Shown here piece by piece: positions 10,771 through 20,657 of a stretch of 64,000 bases of DNA; positions within the stretch are counted from its first letter, which is position 1; each line of letters opens with the position of its first letter. The stretch is taken from assembly GCA_963716255.1 (NCBI GenBank), contig OY970303.1, forward strand, positions 8,256,001-8,320,000. Direction: 5' to 3'. Below the pieces are notes generated by a model. That model did no database searches and was not told the origin of the DNA. It saw only the letters and a program-made list of their open reading frames with translations. Made by a program: the position numbers and the translations under genes. Origin of the DNA: an uncultured Gemmatimonadales bacterium (lineage in GTDB: Bacteria; Gemmatimonadota; Gemmatimonadetes; Longimicrobiales; Longimicrobiaceae).

Positions 10771-11419
10771 CCATGGCGATCAGCCCCAGGCGGATGGCGT
10801 GCAGTACAAGCTCCGCCGTGGAGTGCACCCCGAGCAGCTCCATCACCAAGTACTTGTGCGACTCCGCGGTCCGGCGGGACACGTGCAGGAGCGCAGCCAC
10901 CTGTTTCATGCTGTGGCCTTCGGCGACCAGCTGGAGAACCTGCCGCTGCCGGGGTGTCAGCCGCGCGTGTGGATCCCCGTCACGCCCCGCCAGCAGTGAG
11001 GCGACCAAATCGCGCCGGATCGATGGACTGATGTACTCGCGGCCCTCGAGAACCACATGCACCGCCTCGATCAGGTCTGCTCCCGCCGACTGCTTCAGGA
11101 CGAATCCGGAAGCGCCGGCGCGGATCGCCTCCGCGGCCAGGTAGGGGCTGTCGTGCATCGTGACCACGATCAGCCGTGCCCGCGGAGCCACCTGCCTCAG
11201 CTCGCGCAGGGCGTCGATTCCGTTCAGCCGCGGCATGCTGATGTCCGTCACCACCACGTCCGGCAGCAGTGTGCCCGCCGCGGTGACCAGCTCCCGGCCG
11301 TCCCCCACCCGCCCCGCCAGCTCGAAGTCGTCACGCAGGAGTTTGGCGATCCCGTCGGCCACCAGCGCGTGGTCGTCGGCTACCAGTACACGAGTTCTGT
11401 TTCCCACGTCGACCTCCAT
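10706..11419 (-). CDS. NarL/LuxR-family response regulator
   Basis: VADDH, PDVVVTDISMP, FVLK receiver motifs; LTPRQRQVLQLVAEG...HK HTH. Confidence 0.9.
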   Translation of the reverse strand: MEVDVGNRTRVLVADDHALVADGIAKLLRDDFELAGRVGDGRELVTAAGTLLPDVVVTDISMPRLNGIDALRELRQVAPRARLIVVTMHDSPYLAAEAIRAGASGFVLKQSAGADLIEAVHVVLEGREYISPSIRRDLVASLLAGRDGDPHARLTPRQRQVLQLVAEGHSMKQVAALLHVSRRTAESHKYLVMELLGVHSTAELVLHAIRLGLIAMDAFAGTPEDGPAFARRSAEQP

Positions 11420-11899
11420 GGATAGCTCCCGCCAAACCTAGAACTCTATATGTTGGGTGTCAACAAACCTTGTACATACCATATGCTGTGTCAACAGGCG
11501 AGAGATCGGATCGTGGACGCTCTTGGCGAAACGTGGCCGGCGCGGACAGATCATCCTCGTGTTCGCCGGGACTCGGGCTCCTGGCTCGGCCCCGCCCGAG
11601 GGTGTTCACGCCTTGGCGGTCCGGTGCGCACTGTCCGCTCTGTCCACACTTACTGCATGGCGAGCAAAGTCGCAACCCGTAAAAGTACTGAATTTTGTCC
11701 GAAAATAACTTGCCGCAGTATGATGCGAAAGTGCGTCCTGATCCCGATGGGACCTCCCCACTGCCGGAGACTCCGGGAGCGGGGGCGGTCACCGCATCCC
11801 TCGCCTGTCAACTTTCTCCAAGACCGGAGCCCCCCCCTCGGCAGATGATCGTGGATACGCCTGCCGCGGCGAGCAGACAACCTGGTTCCCGAGGAATGC

Positions 11900-12565
11900 A
11901 TGCCCCCACCGACACTCCAAGTCATCGCCGCCCTCTTCCCGGACCACGACGGCGCACGGCGCGCTCTGGCGGCCATCTCCATGGCCATGCGCACGCCGGG
12001 CTGCGGCGTCCTCGACGCCGTCGCGGTGACCCGCGCCGACACGGGTACGCTGGTGCTGCTGGAGGCAGCGCAGTGGATCGACGGGAGCTTTCTCGTGGCG
12101 GCGCCCACCGCGGCGGTCCTGGAGCTGCTGGGCTGCGGCGGAGGGAGGACCGAGGACCGGTCCGGTCCGAGCGTGCAGGCAGTGCGGCCGCCCTGTTCGG
12201 GGGTTCCCAGGGAGCAGCTGCGCGCGCTCGGCTCCCTGCTCACCCCTGCTGCCTCCGCGCTGGTCGCCGTCGTGGCGCCTCTCGGGGCAGCGGAGGTGGC
12301 CGGCGGGCTGATGGAGGAAGCCTCGAAGCTGGCGGTGGAAGACCTGCCCGTTTCGGCCGTATGCGAAATGGCGGACCGGCCCGCCCTGCTCTTTGCGCCC
12401 GGCGACCCCGTGGCGGCTCCATCCGGTCGCACGCGCGCGCCGCATCCGGCGTTCGCCGCGTACGGGGCGGCGTGGGGCCGTCCGGGGTCGTTCGCGGGGC
12501 CGGAGGTGCCGGCGGGGAGCGCCGACGGAGAGCAAGGAGGCCGGGATGCTGTCGCGGCAAGATGA
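11900..12565 (+). CDS. DUF1269-like protein, possibly degenerate
   Basis: N-terminus VIAALFPD.DGARRAL...LDAVAV.R..G and L..LG..L.P..SALV resemble DUF1269; preceded by GAGGA RBS. Confidence 0.4.
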   Translation: MPPPTLQVIAALFPDHDGARRALAAISMAMRTPGCGVLDAVAVTRADTGTLVLLEAAQWIDGSFLVAAPTAAVLELLGCGGGRTEDRSGPSVQAVRPPCSGVPREQLRALGSLLTPAASALVAVVAPLGAAEVAGGLMEEASKLAVEDLPVSAVCEMADRPALLFAPGDPVAAPSGRTRAPHPAFAAYGAAWGRPGSFAGPEVPAGSADGEQGGRDAVAAR

Positions 12566-13139
12566 TGCGGCGGCATCCGCCGCGGAGCGGAGTGCACGCG
12601 CAGGGGAAAGGCGGGCGGCGGCGGCATGTTCGGAATGGTCCGCCCGCAGCGTCCGGCGCGCATCGCGTCGGCCCATGAGTCCCGCCGAAGGACGGAACGG
12701 CCGCCTTCCCCCCTCATGTTCGATCATCCAGCCGGGGCAAGTCGCGAGCGACGCCCCGTGTACGTACGGGTCACCCCCTGATTCCGCTTGCCTGGCAGCG
12801 GCGGCATGGGGACCGGGTGAACGGTAGGGGAGTGCTGTCCACAGATTCTTGTAGAATGTTTGCCCACCATCGGCCGCAGGACGGAAACCGCCACCTCCTG
12901 CGTGGAGCGGTGCCTGTGAATGCCGTATGCCCACGGTAGGGTCATGGGAATATTACGGATGGAAGTAATATGGTCATCCCATTAGCATCGCATGGGAGGG
13001 TGCGCTGAAGCACCCCATCCGCTCGGGATCGATCACACGGCAGTGGGATCGGAGAGCGCGTTACGGGACTTTTTTTCTATCAATCTGACGACGTTGCCCG
13101 TGGTCGGACGGGAGTGCGTCGCACCGAGGGAGCGCGAAG

Positions 13140-13964
13140 ATGACGACTAGCCAGGTTCCGACGCTGCGGTGCCCTGCGGAAGGGCTCGAAGTTCAAGCAG
13201 GTGTGGCGCCTGTCGGCTGGGAGCCGCGCGTGGTCTACGGCCACGACCTGCTCCTGCTCCTCGACATTCCCGCGGCGCGGGTACGCTGCCGCCGGCGTGT
13301 CGACCCGCTGCCGCCGGCGGTGCTCGCCCTGGTGGAATCCGGAGAGGTGCTGGGTGTGCAGCTGGCCTCTGCGACTCATTTCCGCGAGCTGCGCCTGGAA
13401 CCCGGGATGCTCGCGGCGGCCGCCGCGCACCGGACCTGCGGCCGCGGTTGGGGCCGGGCACCGCGCGCCGTCGCATGCCTGGTCGCCGGATGGGGCCTCT
13501 GCGAGGCGGCCGACGCGGTGGACGGTGAGGAGGCCGCCTGCCGCCTGCTGGAACGGACCCTCGCGGCCTACGGGTGTACGGTGCGGGTGCCGGCCGAAGT
13601 GCAAATGGAGCATGCCGTGGTCGGCCGCGTCCGCGACCACCTGCGCGCGAACTACCGGCGCCAGGTCACGCTCGCGGAGCTGGCCACGCTCGCCGGGATG
13701 TGCCGGTTCGCTCTGGTGCGCGCGTTCACCAAGGAGGTCGGGATCCCCCCGCACGCCTACCAGACGCGACTCCGCGTGCTGGCGGCGCGCGAGATGATCG
13801 CCGCCGGCCATCGGCTCAGCGCCGTGGCGGCCGAGATGGGCTTTACCGACCAGAGCCACCTGAACCGTCACTTCAAGCAGCAGGTGGGGCTGCCCCCCGG
13901 CGAGTACGCCCGGATCGCCGCGGCGCGGCAGTCGGTCCCGTACGCCGAGCTGCGCCGGGCGTGA
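13140..13964 (+). CDS. AraC-family transcriptional regulator
   Basis: C-terminal double HTH: TLAELA.LAG...F.L.RAF...G.PPHAY, MGF.DQSHL.RHFK..VG.PPG.Y. Confidence 0.85.
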   Translation: MTTSQVPTLRCPAEGLEVQAGVAPVGWEPRVVYGHDLLLLLDIPAARVRCRRRVDPLPPAVLALVESGEVLGVQLASATHFRELRLEPGMLAAAAAHRTCGRGWGRAPRAVACLVAGWGLCEAADAVDGEEAACRLLERTLAAYGCTVRVPAEVQMEHAVVGRVRDHLRANYRRQVTLAELATLAGMCRFALVRAFTKEVGIPPHAYQTRLRVLAAREMIAAGHRLSAVAAEMGFTDQSHLNRHFKQQVGLPPGEYARIAAARQSVPYAELRRA

Positions 13965-14150
13965 TGCCCGCGCTCCCCGGCTCCCGCACGACATCGAGCC
14001 GCATACCCCCCACCCCGCCCGTCCGGATTTCACCCGGGCGGGCCGCCCCAGGCGGTCCACGAACGCGCAACATCGTCCAATCGCGGAGAGCATCTCTCCT
14101 GCACGTTCCAGAGGGATCCCGCGGCCAGACCCCCCTAAGGAAGGCTATCC

Positions 14151-17045
14151 GTGACTACCCCAGCCGCCGCAGACGCGACTCTCGCCGCCTCGTGCCCCTA
14201 CCCATCCCCGGGCGCACCGGGCGGGGCCGCTCTGCCCGAGCTGGTCCGGATCGCCCGGCTCGCCGCCCGGATCCTCGACGCACCGGCCACACTCGTCACC
14301 TTGGTGGGAGAGGACGGTGAGATGGTGGCGGCCGGGGTGGGGCTGCGCGCAGCGCTCAGAGTGGGGGCGGCGCTGCCGCTCTCGGCAGCCCTGCCGCTGC
14401 GAGCCGGAGAGCCCGGAAGGCTTGCCCTCGCCGACTCGCGCCGCAGGACGGGGCCGCACTTCGCGGCGCTCGCGCGCTCCGGGGTCGTGGCATGTCTGGC
14501 GCACCCGTTTCTCGACGGCTGCGGAACCCTTCGGGGCACCCTTGCCGCGATCGACTTCCTGCCGCGGTCGTGGGGCAAGGACGAGGTGGCGGTGCTGGGC
14601 GACCTGGCCATGTTCGCCGGATCCGCGGTGGAGCTGACCGAGACCCGCGTCCACGTGCGCCAGGCGAACGGTGCGCTGGAGGCGGCGCGGGCCGCGCTCA
14701 CGAGCGCCGGGGCCCTTCGCAGGGTCGCCGAGCAGCCACCGGTAGGGCTGGTTACGCTGGAGGAAGGCCGGATCTGCTGGGCGAACAGCGAATTCGCCCG
14801 GACTGTCGGGTACACCCTGGACGAGCTCATGTCCATGGAGTCCCCCGAAGACCTCCTCTTCGACGGCACGGACCGCGAGCGGATGCTGCGGCAGGCCGCC
14901 ACGCTGGAGCCCGGGGCCGGGAGCGTGCACGTGTGCACGCCGTTGCGACGTCGAGACGGGTCGAGCGTGCGCGTGGAACTGCGCCTCGGCCGCGTCGCGG
15001 AAAGCGACCGCTTCCTGCTGGTCGGCGCCGTACAGGACGTGAGCATCGCCGCCGCCGAGGACGAGAGGCTGCGCGCCGACCTTGCTCGGTTCCGTCGCGC
15101 GTTCGACGACGACCTGTGCGGCGTCGTGATCGCCGCGGCGGACTGCCGGATCATCGCCTGCAACGCGGAGTTCGCCCGCATCACCGGTTTTCCGTCGGCG
15201 GAGGCGGCAGTGGGGGTGGCGTTGAACCGGCTGGAGCCCGAACCCGGCGAACTGGCGGCGCGGGTCGGCCGCCTGCGCCGGGAGCGTGGCTCCACCGAGC
15301 CCGGCGAGCTGGAGCTGATCCGCCGCGACGGCACGCGCGTGAAAGTGGTGGCGCGGCTCGCAGCGGACTTCGATCCCGGTGGCGCACCGGCGGAGTACCG
15401 AGGCTACCTTGTCGACGTCACCCAGCGCGCACTGCGCGAAGAGGCGCTTCGCCTGACCGGCGAGCGCCTGCGGCTCCTGGAGCTCGCCACGAACGACGTG
15501 ACCTGGGACTGGGACCTCACCACCGGGCAGATGACGTGGAACGACGCGGGTCCGCTCCGCCTCCGCTACGCGCCCGACGAGGTGCAGCCGTCGCTCGCGT
15601 GGCACTTCGAGAGGGTGCACCCCCACGACCGCGAACGCGTGGTTGCGGGGCTGCACGAGGCCATCAGCGGCGTGGCCCAGGCGTGGACCGACGAGTACCG
15701 CTTCCTGCGCGGTGACGGTACCTACGCCACCGTGCACGACCGTGCGCACGTGATGCGCAACAGCCGGGGCGAGCCGGTGCGCGTGACGGGATGGATGGTG
15801 GACGTGACCGAGCGCAAGCGCGGCGAGGAGGCGCAGCGGTTTCTGGCCCAGGCCAGCGCGACCCTCGATTCATCGCTGAACGTGGGGATCACGGCAACCA
15901 ACCTCGTGCGGCTCTGCATTCCCGTGCTGGCGGACTTCTGCGCCCTGGACCTGGTGGCCGAGGACGGAGCGGTACAGCGCGTGGCCGTGGCGCACCACCG
16001 GCACGCGCGCGAGCACCTGCTGGCGGCGGACGCGCACCTGCCGGCGGGAACGCCTGCCGGGACCAACCCCGTGGCCCAGGTGGCGCGTACCGGCGAGCCC
16101 GTGCTGCGCGCCGAGTGTGACGAACCGGCGCTGGCGGCGCTGGACGCCTCGCTGGGCGCGGGGCATGCCCGACGGCTGGGAACGCACTCGTACATGCTGG
16201 TGCCGGTCGTCGCACACGAGCGGGTGCTGGCGGTGCTCACTCTGGGGCTTGCACAGCGCGGCCGCCGGTACGGGCCCATGGACCTGATGCTGGCCAAGGA
16301 CCTGGCACACCGCGCCGCGCTCTCGCTCGAGAACGCCCGCCTGTACGAGACGGCGCAGCGGGCCCTCGGTGCGCGCGAGGAAATCCTCGGCGTGGTGTCG
16401 CACGACCTGCGCAGCCCGCTCAGCGCCATCGTCATGAGCACAGAGGCCCTCGCCGACGACAGCCTCGGATCGCGCATGAGCCCGCACCAGTGGATCGACA
16501 TGATCCGCCGCGCGGCCGACCAGATGAACGCCTTGATCGACGACCTGCTCGACGTGAGCAGCATGGAGGCAGGGCGCTTCGAGGTGGTGCCCTCGCTCCA
16601 GGACCTGCCCAGACTCCTGGCGGAAAGCTGCGAGCAGTTCTACCCGATCTGCAAGGTCCACGACCTGAAGCTGGAGTGCCTCGTGGACGGCGAGTTCCCC
16701 CTGATCGCCCTCGACGCGCGGCAGATCCGGCGGGTGATCGGCAACCTGATTGGAAACGCCATCAAGTTCTCGCGCCGCGGAGGCGTGATCCGCGTGCGCG
16801 TGGAGCATGCCGAGGGCGAGCTGTGGGTCGCCGTTTCCGACGAGGGGGTGGGGATCTCCGAAGAGCACCTCCCGCACGTGTTCGACCGGTTCTGGAAGGC
16901 AAACCAGGTAGACCGCAGGGGCGCCGGACTCGGCCTGGCGATTTCCCGTGGAATCGTGGAGGCGCATGGCGGCCGTATCTGGGTGGATAGCCCCGTCGGC
17001 GTGGGGAGCACCTTCCGATTCTCGCTCCCGCTTCCCGAGGAGTAG
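14151..17045 (+). CDS. Cytoplasmic GAF-PAS-PAS-PAS-GAF sensor histidine kinase
   Basis: PAS/PAC motifs (RRDGS, VHPHD, DVTERK); SHDLRSPL H-box; NLIGNAIKFS, DEGVGI, GAGLGLAI.RGIVEAHGG. Confidence 0.9.
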   Translation: MTTPAAADATLAASCPYPSPGAPGGAALPELVRIARLAARILDAPATLVTLVGEDGEMVAAGVGLRAALRVGAALPLSAALPLRAGEPGRLALADSRRRTGPHFAALARSGVVACLAHPFLDGCGTLRGTLAAIDFLPRSWGKDEVAVLGDLAMFAGSAVELTETRVHVRQANGALEAARAALTSAGALRRVAEQPPVGLVTLEEGRICWANSEFARTVGYTLDELMSMESPEDLLFDGTDRERMLRQAATLEPGAGSVHVCTPLRRRDGSSVRVELRLGRVAESDRFLLVGAVQDVSIAAAEDERLRADLARFRRAFDDDLCGVVIAAADCRIIACNAEFARITGFPSAEAAVGVALNRLEPEPGELAARVGRLRRERGSTEPGELELIRRDGTRVKVVARLAADFDPGGAPAEYRGYLVDVTQRALREEALRLTGERLRLLELATNDVTWDWDLTTGQMTWNDAGPLRLRYAPDEVQPSLAWHFERVHPHDRERVVAGLHEAISGVAQAWTDEYRFLRGDGTYATVHDRAHVMRNSRGEPVRVTGWMVDVTERKRGEEAQRFLAQASATLDSSLNVGITATNLVRLCIPVLADFCALDLVAEDGAVQRVAVAHHRHAREHLLAADAHLPAGTPAGTNPVAQVARTGEPVLRAECDEPALAALDASLGAGHARRLGTHSYMLVPVVAHERVLAVLTLGLAQRGRRYGPMDLMLAKDLAHRAALSLENARLYETAQRALGAREEILGVVSHDLRSPLSAIVMSTEALADDSLGSRMSPHQWIDMIRRAADQMNALIDDLLDVSSMEAGRFEVVPSLQDLPRLLAESCEQFYPICKVHDLKLECLVDGEFPLIALDARQIRRVIGNLIGNAIKFSRRGGVIRVRVEHAEGELWVAVSDEGVGISEEHLPHVFDRFWKANQVDRRGAGLGLAISRGIVEAHGGRIWVDSPVGVGSTFRFSLPLPEE

Positions 17046-17299
17046 GACCGGCGATCGGGTATGGATGAGGGCGAACGCATCATCGAGTTCACCCGACCTG
17101 TGGCAGCGGGGTCGCCCGATGTGATCTGCCGTCGTCGCCGGCCGCCTGAGATGAGATTGACGATGCCGCAGCGGGAGCCTTCAGGGTAACGGCTGACGAA
17201 ACCCTCCTCCGCAGTGCTGCTGCCCGGGCGGATGCTCAGCATGCGTGTCCCGCGACCTGCGATCGACCGGGGCTCCTGTTGCAAGGCGAAGCCTGGGCG

Positions 17300-18668
17300 C
17301 CTTCCTCATGCCGCCGGGGCGGGCACGAGATGTCCCACATCCGCTCGCCGTGCCCGAGCACCCTCTCCATTCCCGGGCTGTCCAGGAACCGCGTGTGCCG
17401 GTGCATCGTCGAGAGGGTCCCGCTCAGCTCCCGGTCCTCCTTCTGCATCAGCTCCTGCGCGGCCGCGGTGACCGGCCGTAGCGGCGAGGCCGCCATCTCC
17501 GCGAGGAGCCGTTTGAACTGCTCCTCTCCGCCGGTCAGCAACCGCCGCCCCTGGAGCAGCGTCCGACTCTCCGGCTCGTGGGCGTACACGTAGCACACGT
17601 GCAGCAGCAGGGGACCGAAGAAGCCCTTCGCTTCGTCCGAGAAGTGCCGGTTCGGCCCCTCCTCGTCCGGGATGAGCATGCCGGCGATCATGCGCGCGAC
17701 GTCGACCGCGTCCTCCCGGTCCGTCCGGACCAGCGGCAGCGGATTCGCGGAGGCCAGGTACGGCAGGCTCCTGCCGCCGACGCCGGCCATGCGCGTCGTC
17801 TCGCCGAACGGATCGAGCACGAACACCTCCTGGCCCATCGCCACGCGCTTCCGATGCGTGACGAAGAAGTTCTCGCCCTTGACGTCGGTGCAGATGATGG
17901 AGCCCCCTACAGCAGCAGGTTGGGGATCACGCACCCCGTTCCCTTCCCGGTCTGGCTCGCGGCCGCGGTGATGAGATGTCCCCTGCCCCGCTCCAGGAGC
18001 AGCCTCCCATCCGGGAGCCTCCCGATCACCAGCGACTTCAGCACCGCCGGCTCGCCCTGCTCCCGGGCCCTCCTCAGCGCCGCGGCTTCCTTCTTCCGGA
18101 TCGCGAACATCGCCCCCGAGCCCCACTCTGCCGTACCGTGGGAGTTCGAGGCAGTCCTCATCCCGAGGCCGGCAAAGGCGACCCCCAGCCCCACCGCCGC
18201 CGCCAGCCCGCCCACTCCGAAGCCCAGCCAGGCCCGCAGCAGGGCCGGACCCATCTCCGGTATCCCCCGGTAGTCTATGAACGCCCAGCGCACGAACTCG
18301 GTGGGCACATACAGGGGGCCGCGCGCGACCGCGAAGCAGACGATGGCGAAGCCGAGCGACGGCACCAGGGTGGCCGGTCCGCCGCCGCGGAGCGCCGACG
18401 CCACGCCGCACGCGATCGCGAAGCCGCACGCGAGCCACGCCTCCGCCGGCGACACCGCCTCGCGCGGAAACAGCGGCGCCCCCAGGTTCGGATGGTAATC
18501 GAACACGTCGGCGAACACCTGAGTCGCCGCCGCGAGCCCGAACATCTCGCAGAGCAGCAGGATCAGAACCCCTTCCGCCGAGGAGAGGCCGAGCCCGCTG
18601 TTCCAGGTCGTGAGGAACTCCTGCGGGCGCGTGACCGCGCCGCCCGCGTCTTCCTTCGCGTTCGCCAT
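17300..18668 (-). pseudogene. virD4: VirD4/TraG type IV coupling protein, frameshifted and 3'-truncated
   Basis: TM region, HGTAEW and a degenerate Walker A (HLITAAASQTGKGTGCVIPNLL) end at a stop at 17907; homology resumes in another frame (GSIICTDVKGEN...VFVLDPF...ANPL...ELSGTLST....FL) and is lost near 17300. Confidence 0.8.
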
Positions 18669-18727
18669 CCCGTGTTCCGATTGAGATTGTTTCGGCCAGC
18701 GGCGCGGGGCACCGCCCCCGGGCGGGG

Positions 18728-19230
18728 TCAGCGCGAGCGTGGCGGCAGGGAGAGGTCCTCCCGGACCAGGATGAGGATGCGGGTCGCGGGCGCGACGGTG
18801 GTGGTGGAGCGGATCCCGCTCCCCCGGCTCACCAGGTCGCCTCCGACCTGGGCCAACTGCCCGGCAGCCCCGGCCGCGATCTGTCCGGCCCCTGGCGGCG
18901 CCTGACCGCTGCCCTGCCGCGCCTGGACGATCTGGAGACCGCCGCCGAGTACCGAGCCGGCGACGGCCGTGAGAAGGGCCGGGCCGTAGTGGGTGTCCAC
19001 CCGGGCCGGCACGCCGCCCGCCCCTGTCCGGTCCGCCGTGCCCAGCCCCGGGAGCGGCACGGTCACCCGGTCGGGGTACCGGAGGAGGTTCCAGCTGATG
19101 TCGACGCGCGCATCTCCCGACACCGGCGGGCGCGCCAGGCACCCGCTCACCCAGCTCCCCCGGGGGATGGCGGTCTGCCTCCCGGACCGGTCCCGGACGT
19201 ACTGCGTGACCTGGGCGATCACGTCTCCGC
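18728..19230 (-). pseudogene. virB10: VirB10/TrbI C-terminal fragment
   Basis: GDVIAQVT..V.D..G....IPRGS, D..GAGGVP..VDTHY, I.ILV.EDL.L motifs; N-terminal half missing. Confidence 0.7.
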
Positions 19231-20282
19231 ACGATCGGGTACTCAGCGCCCTCGGCATCAAGCAGCCGCGCACGCTGCTGCAGCTGCTGGACGAACTCCA
19301 TGCGAAGCGGGAACGCACCTGGAAGCCCAGCTACAGGAAACAGCAGGAGCGCTATCGTCGCGAGTGGTTGAAGTGGCTTGGACCGGACGTACTCCTGTCC
19401 GACATCGACGCCGCGACAGTCGAGGACAAGCTCGCGCTGCAGATGGAGGTGCAGGAATGGGAGCCCCGCACGAGGAACGCCCGGGCCCGCTACCTCGTGG
19501 ACGCGTTCTACTTCGCGCAGCAGAAGCTGAAGTGGATCACCGAGGACGGGAACCTGAGCGCGGTCGACTTCCTGGCGCTCGACCAGGTCGGGCTGGAGCA
19601 CGAGGAGTGGGAACTCGATCTGCTCCGCGAGATCATAGACGAGATCGATCTCAGGCTGTCAGCGGCCTTCAGGATCGCCGACGATACGGGCCGCCGGATC
19701 CGGGCCATTACCCAGCTCCGCGTCGAGAACGTCAGCATCGAGACGGTATGGACGGACACGGCAGGCGAGATCACCCTGATGCGGCTGACGTTCCCCGGCG
19801 AGGTCGAGAAGAAGGGGAAGACCAGTTGGAGCTACGTGACGCCTGCCACCCGCGTGGTCATCGAGCGCCTCACGGCGACGCCCGCCGTCCAGGGCGCCGG
19901 CTGCCTGTTCCCCAATCGGCAGCGCCTCACGGTCCAGCCGGCCAAGAACGAAGCTGCCGAGATCCGTCCCGCCCAGCCGGAAGACCTGATCGAGCTTCTG
20001 CACCACGCCGAAGCACTGACCCAGGAGAGAGCCCGGGAGAACGGCTCGGGCAGGTTCGTGGAGCGGAAGAAGGCTCGGGCCTTCCACGGCATCAAGCGGG
20101 CTTCGGTCACGATCCAGGGCGCGGAGGCACGCAACTTGGAGATCGCCGCGAAGCAGTCCGGCACCTCGGTGCAGATGCTCCAGCAGCGGTACCATCAGCA
20201 GTCGCGCGAGGATGTCGCCGAGATGGTGCACTCGATCGAAGAGCGGAGGAAGCGCCGGGCCGCGCGCCGCACCGCAGGATGA
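19230..20282 (+). CDS. Tyrosine recombinase/integrase, probably N-terminally truncated
   Basis: TGRRI.AI..L..ENV (box I), FHGIKRA and SG.S..ML..RY (box II); next to a tRNA. The 5' part of track ORF 18993..20282 is antisense virB10 sequence, so the real start appears lost. Confidence 0.7.
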   Translation, partial: HDRVLSALGIKQPRTLLQLLDELHAKRERTWKPSYRKQQERYRREWLKWLGPDVLLSDIDAATVEDKLALQMEVQEWEPRTRNARARYLVDAFYFAQQKLKWITEDGNLSAVDFLALDQVGLEHEEWELDLLREIIDEIDLRLSAAFRIADDTGRRIRAITQLRVENVSIETVWTDTAGEITLMRLTFPGEVEKKGKTSWSYVTPATRVVIERLTATPAVQGAGCLFPNRQRLTVQPAKNEAAEIRPAQPEDLIELLHHAEALTQERARENGSGRFVERKKARAFHGIKRASVTIQGAEARNLEIAAKQSGTSVQMLQQRYHQQSREDVAEMVHSIEERRKRRAARRTAG

Positions 20283-20400
20283 GACCCGCCTTACCGGAAC
20301 GCACCGGGGCTCTTCCCTCGTCCGCAGTAGCCGGCGCCGGCTCTTGCTGGGTGCTGCCCCAGCCACTGGATCGGATGCCGCTTGGCACCCTCCTGACCAA

Positions 20401-20436
20401 ACGAGCCCCCTGTCGAACCGTCGACAGGGGGCTCGT
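20401..20436. terminator. Perfect 16-bp hairpin between the convergent integrase and tRNA
   Basis: ACGAGCCCCCTGTCGA-accg-TCGACAGGGGGCTCGT. Confidence 0.7.
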
Positions 20437-20441
20437 CTCGA

Positions 20442-20522
20442 TGCCCGGGGCGGGACTCGAACCCGCAAGGCTCTCGCCAGAGGTTTTTAAGACCCCAGTG
20501 TTTACCATTTCACCACCCGGGC
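20442..20522 (-). tRNA. tRNA-Leu(TAA), complete
   Basis: Reverse complement GCCCGGGTGGTGAAATGGTAAACACTGGGGT-CTTAAAA-ACCTCTGGCGAGAGCCTTGCGGGTTCGAGTCCCGCCCCGGGCA: cloverleaf, long variable arm, GGTTCGA T-loop. Confidence 0.95.
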
Positions 20523-20605
20523 GAACATCCAGATGGATGCAGGAACGGAGGCAATGACCCGATGAGCCAAAACCTAACCGCTTGCCACCGAACAGCCTAG
20601 CAGCC

Positions 20606-20638
20606 TAAACACAGAGGATTTTAATTCGCCTGTGTTTA
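20606..20638. other. Putative att junction: 13-bp inverted half-sites flanking a 7-bp spacer
   Basis: TAAACACAGAGGA-TTTTAAT-TCGCCTGTGTTTA; arms match at 11/13 positions and the spacer is the anticodon loop. Confidence 0.65.
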
Positions 20639-20657
20639 CCGGTTTCACCACCCAGGC
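20618..20657 (-). pseudogene. 5' half of a different tRNA-Leu(TAA), broken at the anticodon loop
   Basis: Reverse complement GCCTGGGTGGTGAAACCGGTAAACACAGGCGA-ATTAAAA-T, then no pairing anticodon strand, T-arm or acceptor 3' strand; TATCTT -10-like box at 20667-20672. Confidence 0.8.

Larger units (their letters stand above)
1..20625. mobile_element. Right portion of a tRNA-Leu(UAA)-integrated genomic island or decayed ICE
   Basis: Integrase, T4SS remnants and accessory cargo, bounded by a att-like dyad in a split tRNA; housekeeping genes start immediately to the right; left boundary not in the window. Confidence 0.7.

Noticed and set aside
11420..11900. Small ORFs in the lower-GC region between the response regulator and the DUF1269-like gene
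   Set aside because: No motifs or codon bias; more likely a divergent promoter region, but no site could be called with confidence.
17046..17300. IS remnant at the virD4 truncation point
   Set aside because: No recognisable transposase motif or terminal inverted repeats.
20442..20657. Group I intron-split tRNA-Leu(UAA), as in cyanobacteria
   Set aside because: The downstream piece is a complete tRNA with its own 5' half, its anticodon stem does not pair with the upstream half, and the gap is too short for a group I intron.
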